DNA of 64,000 bases, from positions 1 through 64,000 of the IMG/VR virus record IMGVR_UViG_3300044511_000013, one strand, 5' to 3'. Source of the stretch: a virus. Of this stretch, positions 9,750 through 20,195 are shown piece after piece. The notes beneath the pieces are model-generated. The model was not told the origin of the DNA. It saw only the letters and a list, made by a program, of their open reading frames with translations, and did no database searches. The number at the start of each line of letters is the position of its first letter. Positions within the stretch are counted from its first letter, which is position 1. Both the position numbers and the translations under genes were made by a program.

Positions 9750-10661
9750 CTAGATGTAAGCGCTGCGGTAGGTCATGTACAGGCTGTTCGAGTCGGACGT
9801 GCCCGGCAGCCACAAGACGTTGGTCGTACCGGGAGGGAAGTCCCACCACTGGCTCGTGATCGTCAAGCGGCCGTAGGCCCCGTAGCGCCCATTGAACAGC
9901 ACCTGCTTGGACTGCGAGCTGATGTAGAGGTAGCTGCCGGAAGGAACCTCCCCGGCGAACTCCAGGTACTGGCCCGTGCTCGTGTTGGCGATCTTCGGCG
10001 AGGACAGTGGGCCGGAAAGCAGCGCCCACCACGGCATGTCAAAGTTGCCGTTGTTGGTCACTGCGAAGGTGGCGCTACTGCCCGAGCCACCGACCGGTGC
10101 TGATACCGGGGCCGGTCCCATCTGACCGGAGAAGGTGGGGGCACCACGCTGCACCACGGTCTGTGGGAGGGTGTAGGCGAGCGGGTCCGTGGCCACGAAC
10201 TCGGCCGAGGCCATGACCACCTTGGCGGCAGCGGAGAGGTCTGCCTGGAAGCGCCGGGGCCTGCCGAAGTAGCAACGCTTGGTGCCGTCGGGCAGCATCC
10301 AGGCCAGGCACACCAACGAGGATGTTCTCGGCTTGAACGCAGCGCTCAGCGTGTCGACCCGAGACTGGAAGTTGCTCAGGCTGGTGCGCATCGTGAAGCG
10401 CAGCCCGATCGAACGGGCAGCGAGGAAATCCGCACCGGGAACACTGCCGTGGTAGAAGGTCCGCTCGAAGTCGGCCGCCCGAGCCTGCCGGGAGCTGATG
10501 TCGGGAGGCAGCACTATGTAGTTGGTGCCGGGTCCGGTGAGCACACTCCCGATCTGCATTTGCCCCGACGTGGTGAGTAGGTCCCCGAGCCCGTCGTCGT
10601 TGCCGAACGTGCCCTCCGGTGTGGCCGTGATCGTCCCGAACGTGTTGCCGGTGAACGGCAT
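9750..10661 (-). CDS. distal tail protein (Dit)-like
   Basis: YFGRPRRF, FVATDPLAY, NNGNFD..GP..SP, WWDFPPG..YRSAYI; start reassigned to ATG 10661. Confidence 0.75.
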   Translation of the reverse strand: MPFTGNTFGTITATPEGTFGNDDGLGDLLTTSGQMQIGSVLTGPGTNYIVLPPDISSRQARAADFERTFYHGSVPGADFLAARSIGLRFTMRTSLSNFQSRVDTLSAAFKPRTSSLVCLAWMLPDGTKRCYFGRPRRFQADLSAAAKVVMASAEFVATDPLAYTLPQTVVQRGAPTFSGQMGPAPVSAPVGGSGSSATFAVTNNGNFDMPWWALLSGPLSSPKIANTSTGQYLEFAGEVPSGSYLYISSQSKQVLFNGRYGAYGRLTITSQWWDFPPGTTNVLWLPGTSDSNSLYMTYRSAYI

Positions 10662-13600
10662 CAGGCACGCACCCAGGTCAGCCGTAGGTTCGTCATCGCC
10701 GTGCAGTCGAACAGGACGCCGCCACCGGCAGGCACCTTGAGCGACACGGTGGGCTTGATGTCGAGGGCGTTGAAGGTCGTGTTGACAGCGATCGGAGTGG
10801 TGTTGGTGTTGGTTGTCGAGGATGCTGCGATGAACCCGGAGGGAGTGGTCGTCTGCGTCGGGCAAGCCGCCTGGGGGATCACCGTCATGGTGTCCTCCAG
10901 GTCCTGTCTCGGGCTGATCTTCCCGCCCCGCACCTTGATGCCGCCAGCGTTCCAGGTCACCGCTCCCACCGCCGACACGTAGCAGATGGCATCGGTGCCG
11001 TAGGGGTTGTAGGTGAGCTGGCCGTGGCGTGCGTACATCTGCTGAAGGCCGGGCTCTTGGTTGGCCAAGGAAGCCAGGTCGTACTTGTGGTTGGCCAGCA
11101 AGTTGCCGTTCCTGGGGCCACACGAATCGCCCCAGCCAACCGACATGTCGTAGACCGTCTCGCCCGAACAGTCGAAGGCCAGCCCGAGGTCGCCCCATGA
11201 GCCTGCCGACACGGTGATGGCCTGACCCGAGGTGTGCGCCGTCGTCGTGCGGTCAACCGTGACACTGGTGCCGGACACGAACGTCTTGATGATGCCTCGG
11301 ATTGAACCGGCGATGGTGAGCGAGCGGCCCACGTCGGCAGCGGTAAAGAAGTTGGCAGTGGCGGTTGTGACCGACACGTCGACGCCGTTCGACCCGGTGT
11401 TGTTCGTGGTGGCCCCGGACTTGGCAGAGCCACCCGAGCCGCTCTTGAAAAAGCTCGCACCCTTGCCGAACCAACCGCCACGCACCTTGATGAAGGTGCC
11501 GATCACGTGGCACGGGTCGTTGTTGGCCCCGCCATGGGCCTGTTCGGTCGTCACCGTGGTCCCCGAGGTGAAAGCCGAGATGCGCACGAGTGGACCCGTC
11601 CCGGCCTGCACGAACCGCCCGATGTCATCGGAAGTGAACACGCTCGATGCGGCTATGAGCGTCGTACCGGTATTGCCAGCGCTGGCCAGTTGGAAGCTCG
11701 TGGTCACCTGCGAGTTGATGGCCACCTCGTAGCCGACCGACGAACAGTTGTGCAGCTCGATCATCGGCAGGTCGCCGAGGTCACCACCGCCGACCCCTGG
11801 GCCGGAAGCTGCACCGCCCGAATGGAGGCACTGCCACGCAAATGAGATGGACGAGGGTGACCCGAAGTCACCCGTAGTGCCGGTGAGCGCCGTGTACGTC
11901 CCGATCGTCGGCACACTGGACGCCACCCGCCATCCAGCGTGGCAGTCGGTGTAGCTGATGAGCCCGAAGTTGTGCTCGACGTTGAAGACCTTACGGGTCG
12001 AGTGGCCCCAGCAACCCACGTGGTAGATGCTGCTGGACTGGTACGAGGTGAACACGGTGCCGTTCGACGCAGCACCGTTGTCGTGTGCCCGCATGTTCCA
12101 GCCACCGCAGTTGTTGTAGGTGACGAAGGTGCCGAAGTTGACCGAGTACCCGGCATTGGCAGCGCCGCCCGTCGGAGCGTTGTACGGCCCCGTGATGTAG
12201 CTCAGACAGTTCTCGTAGAAGACCCCGAGGCCGTGGTTGACCTCGAACTGGAACGCCTCGTAGTTCGGGTTGTCCCAGCACTCGTCGCCGATTGCCAGTG
12301 CGCTGGCCCCCGGCGTGCCCTTGTACGTCGCCGTCAGCGTGGTCGACCCACCACCCGAGGTGATGACGGCATGGCAGCGGACACCGCCTGCACGTACGAA
12401 CGTGATGGTCTCGCCGTCGGCAGGCCCGGCAGCGGTCTGTGTCCATGTGATCGAACCGTTGGCTCCGGCCCCGGTGTTGGTCCCGACGTTGCTGATTGTG
12501 GTCGTCGTGCCTGGTTGGGCCGTCCCCGAGCCGTTCATGCCGAAGCCATCGAAGACGTGCACGTCCTTGCAGATGACCCGCTCGGCCCGGTTGAACTCGA
12601 CGCCCTTGAAGACCCCGACTTTGGCCCCCATATTCTGACCGTTGCAGTTGTAGCGGACCCCGATCACGCCGCAGTCGGTTGTCGGAGTGCTGTTGGCACC
12701 GGCAGCATGGGTCGTCACGAAGCCGTGGCGGTTGTACGAGTTGTTGGTGTAGGTGCCGGTGTTGCTGGTGCCGTCCAGGTTGTAGCCAGAGATCATGCGG
12801 TGCTCGGCGAAGGGGGCGTAGATGACCACACCGGACATGATCACGTAGGCCCAGCGACCGTTGTTCCAGGTCCCGGATTCAACGATGGATTGGGAACCGC
12901 CGCCACCGCCTCGACCCGTGGTGAACATGTAGACCTGGTTGGGGTGGCCTGCGAGCACGAGCACTCTGGCCTGTGAGCCTTGGTTCGATGCGAGGGTGTT
13001 TGCAGCGGCGATTGCCTGCCGCATCGCATCGACATTCGCCGTGCCGTCGGTGCCGGTCCCTGCCACGAGCCCGTAGTCGTGGGCGTTGATGAAGCCGGTG
13101 TAGCCCCCGCCCGAGCCTGCCGGTGTGCCCCAAAAGCCGTCGCCCCGGTAGTAGGTCGTTGAGCTGGCGCTGCCGGGGTTGCTGGAGTTGAGCATGGCCG
13201 GGGTCACGGTGCTGGCCGGGATGACCGATGCGTTGCTGCCCGCTGCGATCGTGACGTTGCCGGTGATGGCTGCCCGGCGCAGGTTCCCGCCGCTGAACTC
13301 CAGGCTGGCATCGAGGGGGATGGCAGCGGGAGCCGCTGTGCTTCCCGTGGCGTTGCCAAGCAGGTTGTTGGCCGCCATCGTGGCCATCTTCCCGACGGTG
13401 ACACCGTTGTTGGCCAGCGCAGTGGTACCCACAGCGCCCCCGGCGAGCTTGGCAGAGGTGATAGCCCCGTCGGCGATGTCCGCCGTGGCAATCGAGAGGT
13501 CAACGATGTGGGACGAGTTGACGCTGTTGGCGCTGAGCCCGCCTTGGACCCCGACGAGCACCCACACGATGGCCGTCGTGCCGAAGGTGATCGTGGCGTT

Positions 13601-14101
13601 CGTGTTCTGTTGCCAGGTGCCGTTGGCGTTCGCCGTCCCCGCCGTGACGAAGACACTCGACTTGTAGACAAGCTCGGTGTTCTGGTCGGCGTCCGTGGCC
13701 CGTGTCAGGACGAAGGGCGCTCCGGCGCTTCCTGTGGCCGTGACGGTGTAGACGCCGTTGTGGGCCTGGGTCGCCTGGTCCTTGACGAGGATGCGGTCAC
13801 TCGTGGCCACTGCCACGCCGTCGACGGTGAGCGCAGCGTTGGCCGTGGCAGTGAGCGTGGCCCCGACGCCCGCTGATCCGTTGGCGTAGTTGCACGACGG
13901 CAGTGCCGCTGCCGTGGCGAGGCGCACCGCCGCCAAGGGGAACGTGCCGCCCGAGCCACCCCCGCCGACGTTCTCGGTCAGCCACACCTTGAGCTGATTG
14001 AGGAAGGAGTTGGCGTTGTTGTGCGCCCCGGCATGGATCGTCTGCTTGAGCGTCTCGTCGGTGTAGCTGGTCGGCAGGTCGGCAGGCAGTGAGGTCGGCA
14101 T
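10661..14101 (-). CDS. tail fibre/tailspike with probable beta-helix
   Basis: 1146 aa, G/T/A/N-rich; DRILVKDQ..NGVY anchor module, IADGAITSAKLA repeats, NAHDYG..DGTAN beta-helix start. Confidence 0.75.
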   Translation of the reverse strand: MPTSLPADLPTSYTDETLKQTIHAGAHNNANSFLNQLKVWLTENVGGGGSGGTFPLAAVRLATAAALPSCNYANGSAGVGATLTATANAALTVDGVAVATSDRILVKDQATQAHNGVYTVTATGSAGAPFVLTRATDADQNTELVYKSSVFVTAGTANANGTWQQNTNATITFGTTAIVWVLVGVQGGLSANSVNSSHIVDLSIATADIADGAITSAKLAGGAVGTTALANNGVTVGKMATMAANNLLGNATGSTAAPAAIPLDASLEFSGGNLRRAAITGNVTIAAGSNASVIPASTVTPAMLNSSNPGSASSTTYYRGDGFWGTPAGSGGGYTGFINAHDYGLVAGTGTDGTANVDAMRQAIAAANTLASNQGSQARVLVLAGHPNQVYMFTTGRGGGGGSQSIVESGTWNNGRWAYVIMSGVVIYAPFAEHRMISGYNLDGTSNTGTYTNNSYNRHGFVTTHAAGANSTPTTDCGVIGVRYNCNGQNMGAKVGVFKGVEFNRAERVICKDVHVFDGFGMNGSGTAQPGTTTTISNVGTNTGAGANGSITWTQTAAGPADGETITFVRAGGVRCHAVITSGGGSTTLTATYKGTPGASALAIGDECWDNPNYEAFQFEVNHGLGVFYENCLSYITGPYNAPTGGAANAGYSVNFGTFVTYNNCGGWNMRAHDNGAASNGTVFTSYQSSSIYHVGCWGHSTRKVFNVEHNFGLISYTDCHAGWRVASSVPTIGTYTALTGTTGDFGSPSSISFAWQCLHSGGAASGPGVGGGDLGDLPMIELHNCSSVGYEVAINSQVTTSFQLASAGNTGTTLIAASSVFTSDDIGRFVQAGTGPLVRISAFTSGTTVTTEQAHGGANNDPCHVIGTFIKVRGGWFGKGASFFKSGSGGSAKSGATTNNTGSNGVDVSVTTATANFFTAADVGRSLTIAGSIRGIIKTFVSGTSVTVDRTTTAHTSGQAITVSAGSWGDLGLAFDCSGETVYDMSVGWGDSCGPRNGNLLANHKYDLASLANQEPGLQQMYARHGQLTYNPYGTDAICYVSAVGAVTWNAGGIKVRGGKISPRQDLEDTMTVIPQAACPTQTTTPSGFIAASSTTNTNTTPIAVNTTFNALDIKPTVSLKVPAGGGVLFDCTAMTNLRLTWVRA

Positions 14102-14104
14102 CGG

Positions 14105-17100
14105 TCATCCTTGTGAGTGCATGATCCAGCCAAGCTCATCGAGCAGCTTGTTGAGGGTGGCTGTGTCGAGGAACCCGGCGATCTGGATGTTGTTGTTCTG
14201 GACCTTCCCGAGCATGGCCCGCTTGTCCCCGCCCCGCTTCGTGGCGTCGTACAGCGCCGGGTCCTCGTAGCGTTCGGGCTTCCACACGTCGGGCCGCATG
14301 GACGAGACCGACTCCGTGAACGCCTGCGAGCGGTTGCTGATCCGCTGCATCTGCTGGTTGACATCGGCGATCAGGTTGCGCTTCAGGATACGGCGGGCTG
14401 CACCGAGCGAGTCCGGCCCGGCCTCGATGAGCTGACGCAGCACGATCGGGGAGAGTCCCCGCTTGGCCAGCATCTCCAGCGTGTCGTACCACTCGTCGAT
14501 GCGCTCGAAGCTGCGCCCGGAAGCCAGCCTGGTGACCCCGCCGCTGGTGACGTTGGCGAAGTCCCGGCCGCTCTGGCGGATCGTGTCGGCGAACTCCAGC
14601 GCAGCGTCCTTGATCTTGTCGAACTGTTCCCCGGTGAGGGTCCAGCCCTCGATCATCTGCGTCGTGCTCTCACCGACCGAGATGGTGAGTTGCCGGTGGA
14701 TGTTGATGAGCGCACGGGCCTCAGCACGCTGTTCCTTCAGAGCGTCGGCCAGCTCCTGTTCGGCAGCGGTGAGCGCCTGGACGTGGCCCACCCGCTCCTG
14801 GAGAATCTTGAGCCGCTTCTCCTCGGCGTTGAGGTCCTTGTCGTCGTTGATGTCCTCCTTGACCCGTCGGTACTCCTCTTGCACGTCCTGGATTTGGCGT
14901 AGCGCTGCCCGAATCTCGGGGTCTTCCTTGCCGAGGCGGGCCATCGCACCCCAGTCGGTGCCCTTCGACTTGATGGCCTTGTTCAGGTCGGGGAGCTGTT
15001 CCTGGGCCTTCTTGAGTTCCCCGGCGAACGGCCGCTCCACCGCCTTCCACATCTCCTTGGCAGCGAAGGCAGCGTCTTCCATCGCCCGCTGCATGTCTCG
15101 GGTGGCCCGAGCCATCTGCTTGGCGATCTCGGCCGGGTCCATGTGGGTGGGTCCGCCACCACCGCCACCACCGCCTCCACCGCCGCCCCAGTTCGTATCG
15201 CCGGAGTCGAGACCCGGAGTGGCAGTCGGCAGGCCCTCGAACGGCGAGAGCATGTCGATGATCGGATTGAGCTGGTTGATCTGATCCTGCGCACCCTCGA
15301 CACCACGGGCGGACATACCGCCCCCGCCAGCGTTGTTGATCGCATTCTGAAGCTCGCTACGGCGTGCAAGGAGCGCCTGGAGTGTCGGCCCGATCCCGGC
15401 GTCAACGATCATCCGGGCCACCCAGCCGTCGATGCTGTTCTTGACCGACCAGGTGTAGGCAGCCCCAGCGTCGACCCCGGTGGTGTCAGTCGTCAACTGG
15501 ATGATGGCGTCAGCCTGGGCGATCGCAGCGATCTCGGTGAGCGACCCCTCGATGTCCTCCTTGTCCAACTCGACCGGGAGCCTGACCTTGCCCTTGTCGG
15601 AGTTGATGTACTTGTCCAGCGTGTCGACCATGAAGTCCTTGGTGTCGGCCGACTGAATGTCCAGTTCCCCGGTCTCCAGCTTCGGCATGGAGGAGTAGAG
15701 CTGGCCCACCACTTCCTGAAGGCCCTTCTTGCCGCCCGACTTCATCTCCTTCCTCATCGAGCTGATGAGGCTGTCCTCGATCTGCTTCGCCGTCCCGGAG
15801 AAGTCAGCGCCCTTGGCCCCCATCTCCATGAGCGTGGAGAGAGCCAGCCTGGCGTTGGCAGCGACAGGCCCTTCCTCGGGCAGGTCACGAAGCAGGCTGT
15901 TGAGGTTGCCGATGGCCTCCTCCCTGGCTGCGTTCCACTCCTTGCTCCCGATCTCCAGCCCTTGCATCGCCGAGACGGACTCGAATGCCTTGTTGGCCCG
16001 AGGCGACTGGCCATCTTGGGTCTCGACGCTGACCGTCCCGGCCAGGTCCATCACGTTGCGGGTGTCGTCCTTGATCTCGGTCTGCAAGCGGTTCTGGCTC
16101 GCTGCCACCTTGGCCAGCTCGGCCGGTGATTGGGACAGGAAGGCGTCCTGGCTGTTCTGCATCATCGTGATGAACAGACGGCGTTGCTGCGTGATCGTGG
16201 CCTGCGAGATGGCGTCGTACTGCTTGTTGATGTCCTCGATCCACTTGCCTTGGAAGTCGGGGGCCTGGAGCAACTCGTGGAGCTGCTTGCCGACGGCCTC
16301 GGGACCGGCCTTGAGCAAGTCCTGGATCGCAGCGGGGTCCAGCCCCTTGGCAGCAAGCTGGTTGATGTCGTTGAAGAAGTCCCGGACCTTGCGACCTTGG
16401 TTGGTGATGTCCTCCACCATGTCGGCCGCCGTGATCTTGCGCTTCTCCTCCTCGGCGATCTTGCCGACCCGCTGGAGCGAGCCGCTCATCGACGTGAGCT
16501 GATCCGACCACGAGTTGACGGCATCGGCCGTCTCCCGCATGGCCTCGTTGACCCGTTCGAGCTGTATGGAGGTCAGGTCGGCGTACTGAACCTCGGAGGC
16601 ACCGTGCTGGCCGAGCAACGAGTCCATCTCGGAGAACAGTGCCTCCCGGTTGCGCACCTCGGACTGCCAGGCCCGGCTGGACTCCTCCAACGCCGCCTTC
16701 ACGTCATTGACGTAGCTGGAGGTGAACTCCTTGGCTGCATTCTGAGCCACCTTGAGCCGGTCCTTGCCGTACTCGACATCGCCCATCAAGGTCTTCTCGA
16801 AGTCCTCGCCGACGCCGCCGCCACCACCGAGGTGCGGCGGGCTGATCTGAGTGCGGATGTCCTCCTGGGACCAACCGGTGTCCTTCGAGAAGGCAGCGAT
16901 GCGCTCCTGAAGCTCCGTCTGCGCCGTCTCGTCAATGTCCTGGCCGTACAGCCCTTGGCGCATGTCCCGGTCGAGCTGGCGCATCGCCCGGAACTCGGTG
17001 AGCCGGGCTTGGTACCCTTCGAGCTGGTGCCGACGGCCCCGAATCTGTGATTGGGCCTGCTTCTGTGCCTTGCTGATCCCCTCCTCCCCGCCTTGCTCCC

Positions 17101-18970
17101 GGATCGACTGGAGCCGCCCCACCTCCTCGGAGACGGCCTCACGCTCCTTCTGTTGCTCCTTGGCCTTGCCCCAGGCCCACAGACCGGTACCGACCGCAGC
17201 CACGCCGACGACCGCTGTGGCGATCGGGTGTGCCTTCGCCAGGCCCATGAGGCCCCCGGAAGCAAGGCCGCCTACGCCGCTAGCGGCCTTGCCGCCAGAG
17301 AACGCAGCCTCGTACGCAGCCGCACCCGTTGCCATCGCCTTCGACGCCGCACCCGCCTTGAGGAAGGAGCTGGCCATGCCGAGGACGCCCGTGGTGACGT
17401 TGGCGACCCACCCCAGCAACGGCGACATGGTGATCGCCTTGATGATGAGGCTCAGCCCGGACATCTTCAGCGCCAGCCCGCCTCCGATGGCATAGGCGAG
17501 CACATCGGTGAGCGGACCCAGCTTGGTGAGCATGTCGATGAGCGGGGTCACGACTTCCAGCAAGGCAGTGATGGCAGTGGCGAGCGTCATCATCACCTGG
17601 ACCATCGCCTCGAACACGGTCGGCGAGACTCGGGCGACAAGCTCACCCCATGCCTTCAGGTAGGTCTGAATCGAGTCAGCCAGCGCCGCCATGACGGTGC
17701 CGAACTTGCCCCCGGCCTTGGCGAAGGTGTCCTGGAGGGTCTTCGCCAGGCTCGCAGCGATCGGCTGAAGCCCCTTGAGGAAGTCGGCGAGCCGAGTAAG
17801 CCCGCTACTCACCACGCCAGCGCCGGTCTTGGCCATGGCCTTGCCGACCTCCAGGAACGGCTTGACCAGATCGAGCGCAGCACGGGTCACTTCGGTGATC
17901 CCGGCCCCGATGCGCTTGAAGACCTCCTCATTCTCGGGGCTCTCCAGCGCCTTGATCATGCCGGTGATCCCGCCAGTGCCGCCTTCCTGCCAGTCGAAGC
18001 CCTTGCGCATGGTGAAGACCAGCTCCCGGAAGGCCCCTTGGAACGGACCCCCGGCCAGGTGCATCAGGTTCTCCATGTCGGTCTTCATCGACCGCATGGC
18101 CTTCTCGGGCGATGTCATCGCCTCCTCGTAGGCACCCCGGAGCTTCTCGCCCTCCTCCAGCACCCCGTTGAGCGCTGCGAGGGTCTTCTCCTCCTCGGTC
18201 AGCGACCGCACGCTCTTGCCCGCAGCCTGAGCGAACTTGTTGTAGCTCTCCTCCATGCCGACGTTGAGGCCCGCTGTGCGCAGCATCTCGGTCTGCCGGG
18301 TCGTAATGGCCCACGTGATCTGGTCGAGCGTCTGAGAGCTGTTCTGGCCCCCGATGACGGCCACGTCCTGGGCGACACGGGCGAGCTTGGCGGCCTGTTC
18401 GGTGGGCAGCCGGTTCTGGAGGAACTTCGCCATCGTCTGTTGGGCGACACCGGTCTCGATGTTGAGCTTGCGGATGCCCTCGACTTGCTCCTGGATGCGG
18501 TCGAAGCCGATCCCGGCGTTGCGACCGAGCACCTGGAGCACGATGTTCATTTCCTCGGCCCGACCGGCGACGTGGATCATCTCCCGGCCGAACTCGTGCG
18601 CCTTGGCGGTCGCCCGCATGAACATCTCGGCGAGAAGGTTGCCCCCGGCGAAGTTCAGGATCATGCGGAGGTTGCCACCGGCCTCCTTGGCGGCAGCACC
18701 GAGCTGGGTCATCGAGTCACGGGAACGGTGGAGGTAGTTGAACAGGCCACCGCCCCCGAAGGCACCCCCGGCGAGGCCACGTCCTCCTCCACCGCTCCCG
18801 CCACCCCCGAAGGCCATGCCCATGGCCTGGCCTGCGGCCTTGGCGTCCCGCTCCATCGACTTGAGCGCCGACGCAACGTGCTGTGCTGATTGGACGGCCT
18901 GAGAGGCCCCAGCACGGGCCTGGGAAGCGTCGAAGCGGATGCGGGCGACAACCTCGCCGACGGTGCTCAC
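14105..18970 (-). CDS. tape measure protein
   Basis: 1621 aa helical, Ala/Gly-rich with hydrophobic segment; follows the chaperone frameshift ORF. Confidence 0.9.
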   Translation of the reverse strand: MSTVGEVVARIRFDASQARAGASQAVQSAQHVASALKSMERDAKAAGQAMGMAFGGGGSGGGGRGLAGGAFGGGGLFNYLHRSRDSMTQLGAAAKEAGGNLRMILNFAGGNLLAEMFMRATAKAHEFGREMIHVAGRAEEMNIVLQVLGRNAGIGFDRIQEQVEGIRKLNIETGVAQQTMAKFLQNRLPTEQAAKLARVAQDVAVIGGQNSSQTLDQITWAITTRQTEMLRTAGLNVGMEESYNKFAQAAGKSVRSLTEEEKTLAALNGVLEEGEKLRGAYEEAMTSPEKAMRSMKTDMENLMHLAGGPFQGAFRELVFTMRKGFDWQEGGTGGITGMIKALESPENEEVFKRIGAGITEVTRAALDLVKPFLEVGKAMAKTGAGVVSSGLTRLADFLKGLQPIAASLAKTLQDTFAKAGGKFGTVMAALADSIQTYLKAWGELVARVSPTVFEAMVQVMMTLATAITALLEVVTPLIDMLTKLGPLTDVLAYAIGGGLALKMSGLSLIIKAITMSPLLGWVANVTTGVLGMASSFLKAGAASKAMATGAAAYEAAFSGGKAASGVGGLASGGLMGLAKAHPIATAVVGVAAVGTGLWAWGKAKEQQKEREAVSEEVGRLQSIREQGGEEGISKAQKQAQSQIRGRRHQLEGYQARLTEFRAMRQLDRDMRQGLYGQDIDETAQTELQERIAAFSKDTGWSQEDIRTQISPPHLGGGGGVGEDFEKTLMGDVEYGKDRLKVAQNAAKEFTSSYVNDVKAALEESSRAWQSEVRNREALFSEMDSLLGQHGASEVQYADLTSIQLERVNEAMRETADAVNSWSDQLTSMSGSLQRVGKIAEEEKRKITAADMVEDITNQGRKVRDFFNDINQLAAKGLDPAAIQDLLKAGPEAVGKQLHELLQAPDFQGKWIEDINKQYDAISQATITQQRRLFITMMQNSQDAFLSQSPAELAKVAASQNRLQTEIKDDTRNVMDLAGTVSVETQDGQSPRANKAFESVSAMQGLEIGSKEWNAAREEAIGNLNSLLRDLPEEGPVAANARLALSTLMEMGAKGADFSGTAKQIEDSLISSMRKEMKSGGKKGLQEVVGQLYSSMPKLETGELDIQSADTKDFMVDTLDKYINSDKGKVRLPVELDKEDIEGSLTEIAAIAQADAIIQLTTDTTGVDAGAAYTWSVKNSIDGWVARMIVDAGIGPTLQALLARRSELQNAINNAGGGGMSARGVEGAQDQINQLNPIIDMLSPFEGLPTATPGLDSGDTNWGGGGGGGGGGGGPTHMDPAEIAKQMARATRDMQRAMEDAAFAAKEMWKAVERPFAGELKKAQEQLPDLNKAIKSKGTDWGAMARLGKEDPEIRAALRQIQDVQEEYRRVKEDINDDKDLNAEEKRLKILQERVGHVQALTAAEQELADALKEQRAEARALINIHRQLTISVGESTTQMIEGWTLTGEQFDKIKDAALEFADTIRQSGRDFANVTSGGVTRLASGRSFERIDEWYDTLEMLAKRGLSPIVLRQLIEAGPDSLGAARRILKRNLIADVNQQMQRISNRSQAFTESVSSMRPDVWKPERYEDPALYDATKRGGDKRAMLGKVQNNNIQIAGFLDTATLNKLLDELGWIMHSQG

Positions 18971-19200
18971 ATCGCCCCCGTGAAGCGCTCGCCGCCGCCC
19001 ATGACCTCGGCGTACGGCTGTGAGCTACCGCCACGCCCGGATTCGAGCGCCTGCTCGGTGCTCTTGATGCGGAAGTAAATCCCCCACTCGGTCAGTTCTC
19101 GGGAGCTGATCTTGGCCAGCATCTCGGCAACTCCCATGTGGAGGTGTTCGGCTAGAGCGAAGTAGAAGCGTCGTTCTCCGTCGAAGGCGAGGATTTTCCC
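18967..19200 (-). CDS. tail assembly chaperone, -1 frameshift extension
   Basis: Slippery G GGA AAA at 19194-19200; -1 frame reads ILAFDGERRFYFALAEHLHMGVAEMLAKISSRELTEW..GAM* and overlaps the TMP start. Confidence 0.85.
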   Translation of the reverse strand, partial: GKILAFDGERRFYFALAEHLHMGVAEMLAKISSRELTEWGIYFRIKSTEQALESGRGGSSQPYAEVMGGGERFTGAM

Positions 19201-19601
19201 AGCTCATTCTCCACCTGCCGACCGAGCCCGGAGAGGCGCATGGCCACCTGAGCGAGCTTCTCCAGCGTCGACCCGGACTTCGAGTTGAGCATCCCGGCGT
19301 CGGCAGCGGTGAAGGCCGGTTGACCCGTCTCGGGGTCGAACACGGTCGAGATGAGCAAGCTCGGGTACATGGCCTCGTAGTCCATGCCGCCATCGTCGGT
19401 GGCGAACGTGGCCATGAAGACCGCACGGGCCTGGCCGGTCATCCCTCGAACTTGCACGGTGACATCCCACGCTTCAACGTCGACCATTTCGGAGTCGATG
19501 TCGTCGGCGAGGGCGATGCGGTCCCGAAGCGAGAGCTTGGGCTCGGGCACCTCGACGGCAGGGAGGTCGATGAGGTCTGTCTGATCGGTCACTGTGGACA
19601 C
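19152..19601 (-). CDS. tail assembly chaperone
   Basis: VDVEAWDVTVQVRGMTG..DPETG..LGK; lies between tail tube and TMP. Confidence 0.85.
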   Translation of the reverse strand: MSTVTDQTDLIDLPAVEVPEPKLSLRDRIALADDIDSEMVDVEAWDVTVQVRGMTGQARAVFMATFATDDGGMDYEAMYPSLLISTVFDPETGQPAFTAADAGMLNSKSGSTLEKLAQVAMRLSGLGRQVENELGKSSPSTENDASTSL

Positions 19602-19622
19602 TCCTTCAGGTTTGGATGTGGC

Positions 19623-20177
19623 TTATGCAGCGTGGGTGAAGCTCGCAGCGGCAGCGACGCCGAGCCCGGTCGTCGTGTTGTTCGTGAGGCTCGAAATGGT
19701 CGACCGGCGCAAGGCCAGGTCGGTGGCATCGCTGCTGCACGGGTTCCCGGAGAACACGAACTCGACGGTAGCTGCCACCAGCTCGGTGACTGCGCCTTGC
19801 ACGCTGTAGTTCGAGATGAAGACCCGGCCGATGTAGATGACCAGGCCCGTGGCCGTCACGCCCTCCGGCATGTACTTGATCGTGAACCCCTTGCCGGTGT
19901 TCTGAGCGAACGTGTCACCCGAAGTGGGGCCGTCGCTGGCAGCCAGCCTGGAGAGCATGTAGTCGGCAGCGGCATCAAAGAACCCCGAGCACGTGAAGCG
20001 CCCGTCAGGAATGCCTTGCACGTACGTCTTCGTGGTGTTCTGGAACGTGGTGCTCTCCGGGGTGTCCATCTGCCGGGGGAAGTTGACTTCCCGCAGGTAG
20101 GTGGACAGATCGAACATGGTTCCGTCCATCTGTTCGATGTGGAGCCCGGTGCGCTTTCCGTGGCGGAACTGGGGCAT
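19623..20177 (-). CDS. major tail (tube) protein, paralog 2
   Basis: MPQFRHGK, ESTTF..KTYVQGIPDG..SG.FD, NYSVQGAV. Confidence 0.8.
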   Translation of the reverse strand: MPQFRHGKRTGLHIEQMDGTMFDLSTYLREVNFPRQMDTPESTTFQNTTKTYVQGIPDGRFTCSGFFDAAADYMLSRLAASDGPTSGDTFAQNTGKGFTIKYMPEGVTATGLVIYIGRVFISNYSVQGAVTELVAATVEFVFSGNPCSSDATDLALRRSTISSLTNNTTTGLGVAAAASFTHAA

Positions 20178-20195
20178 GAGGTTCTCCCTACTCGA

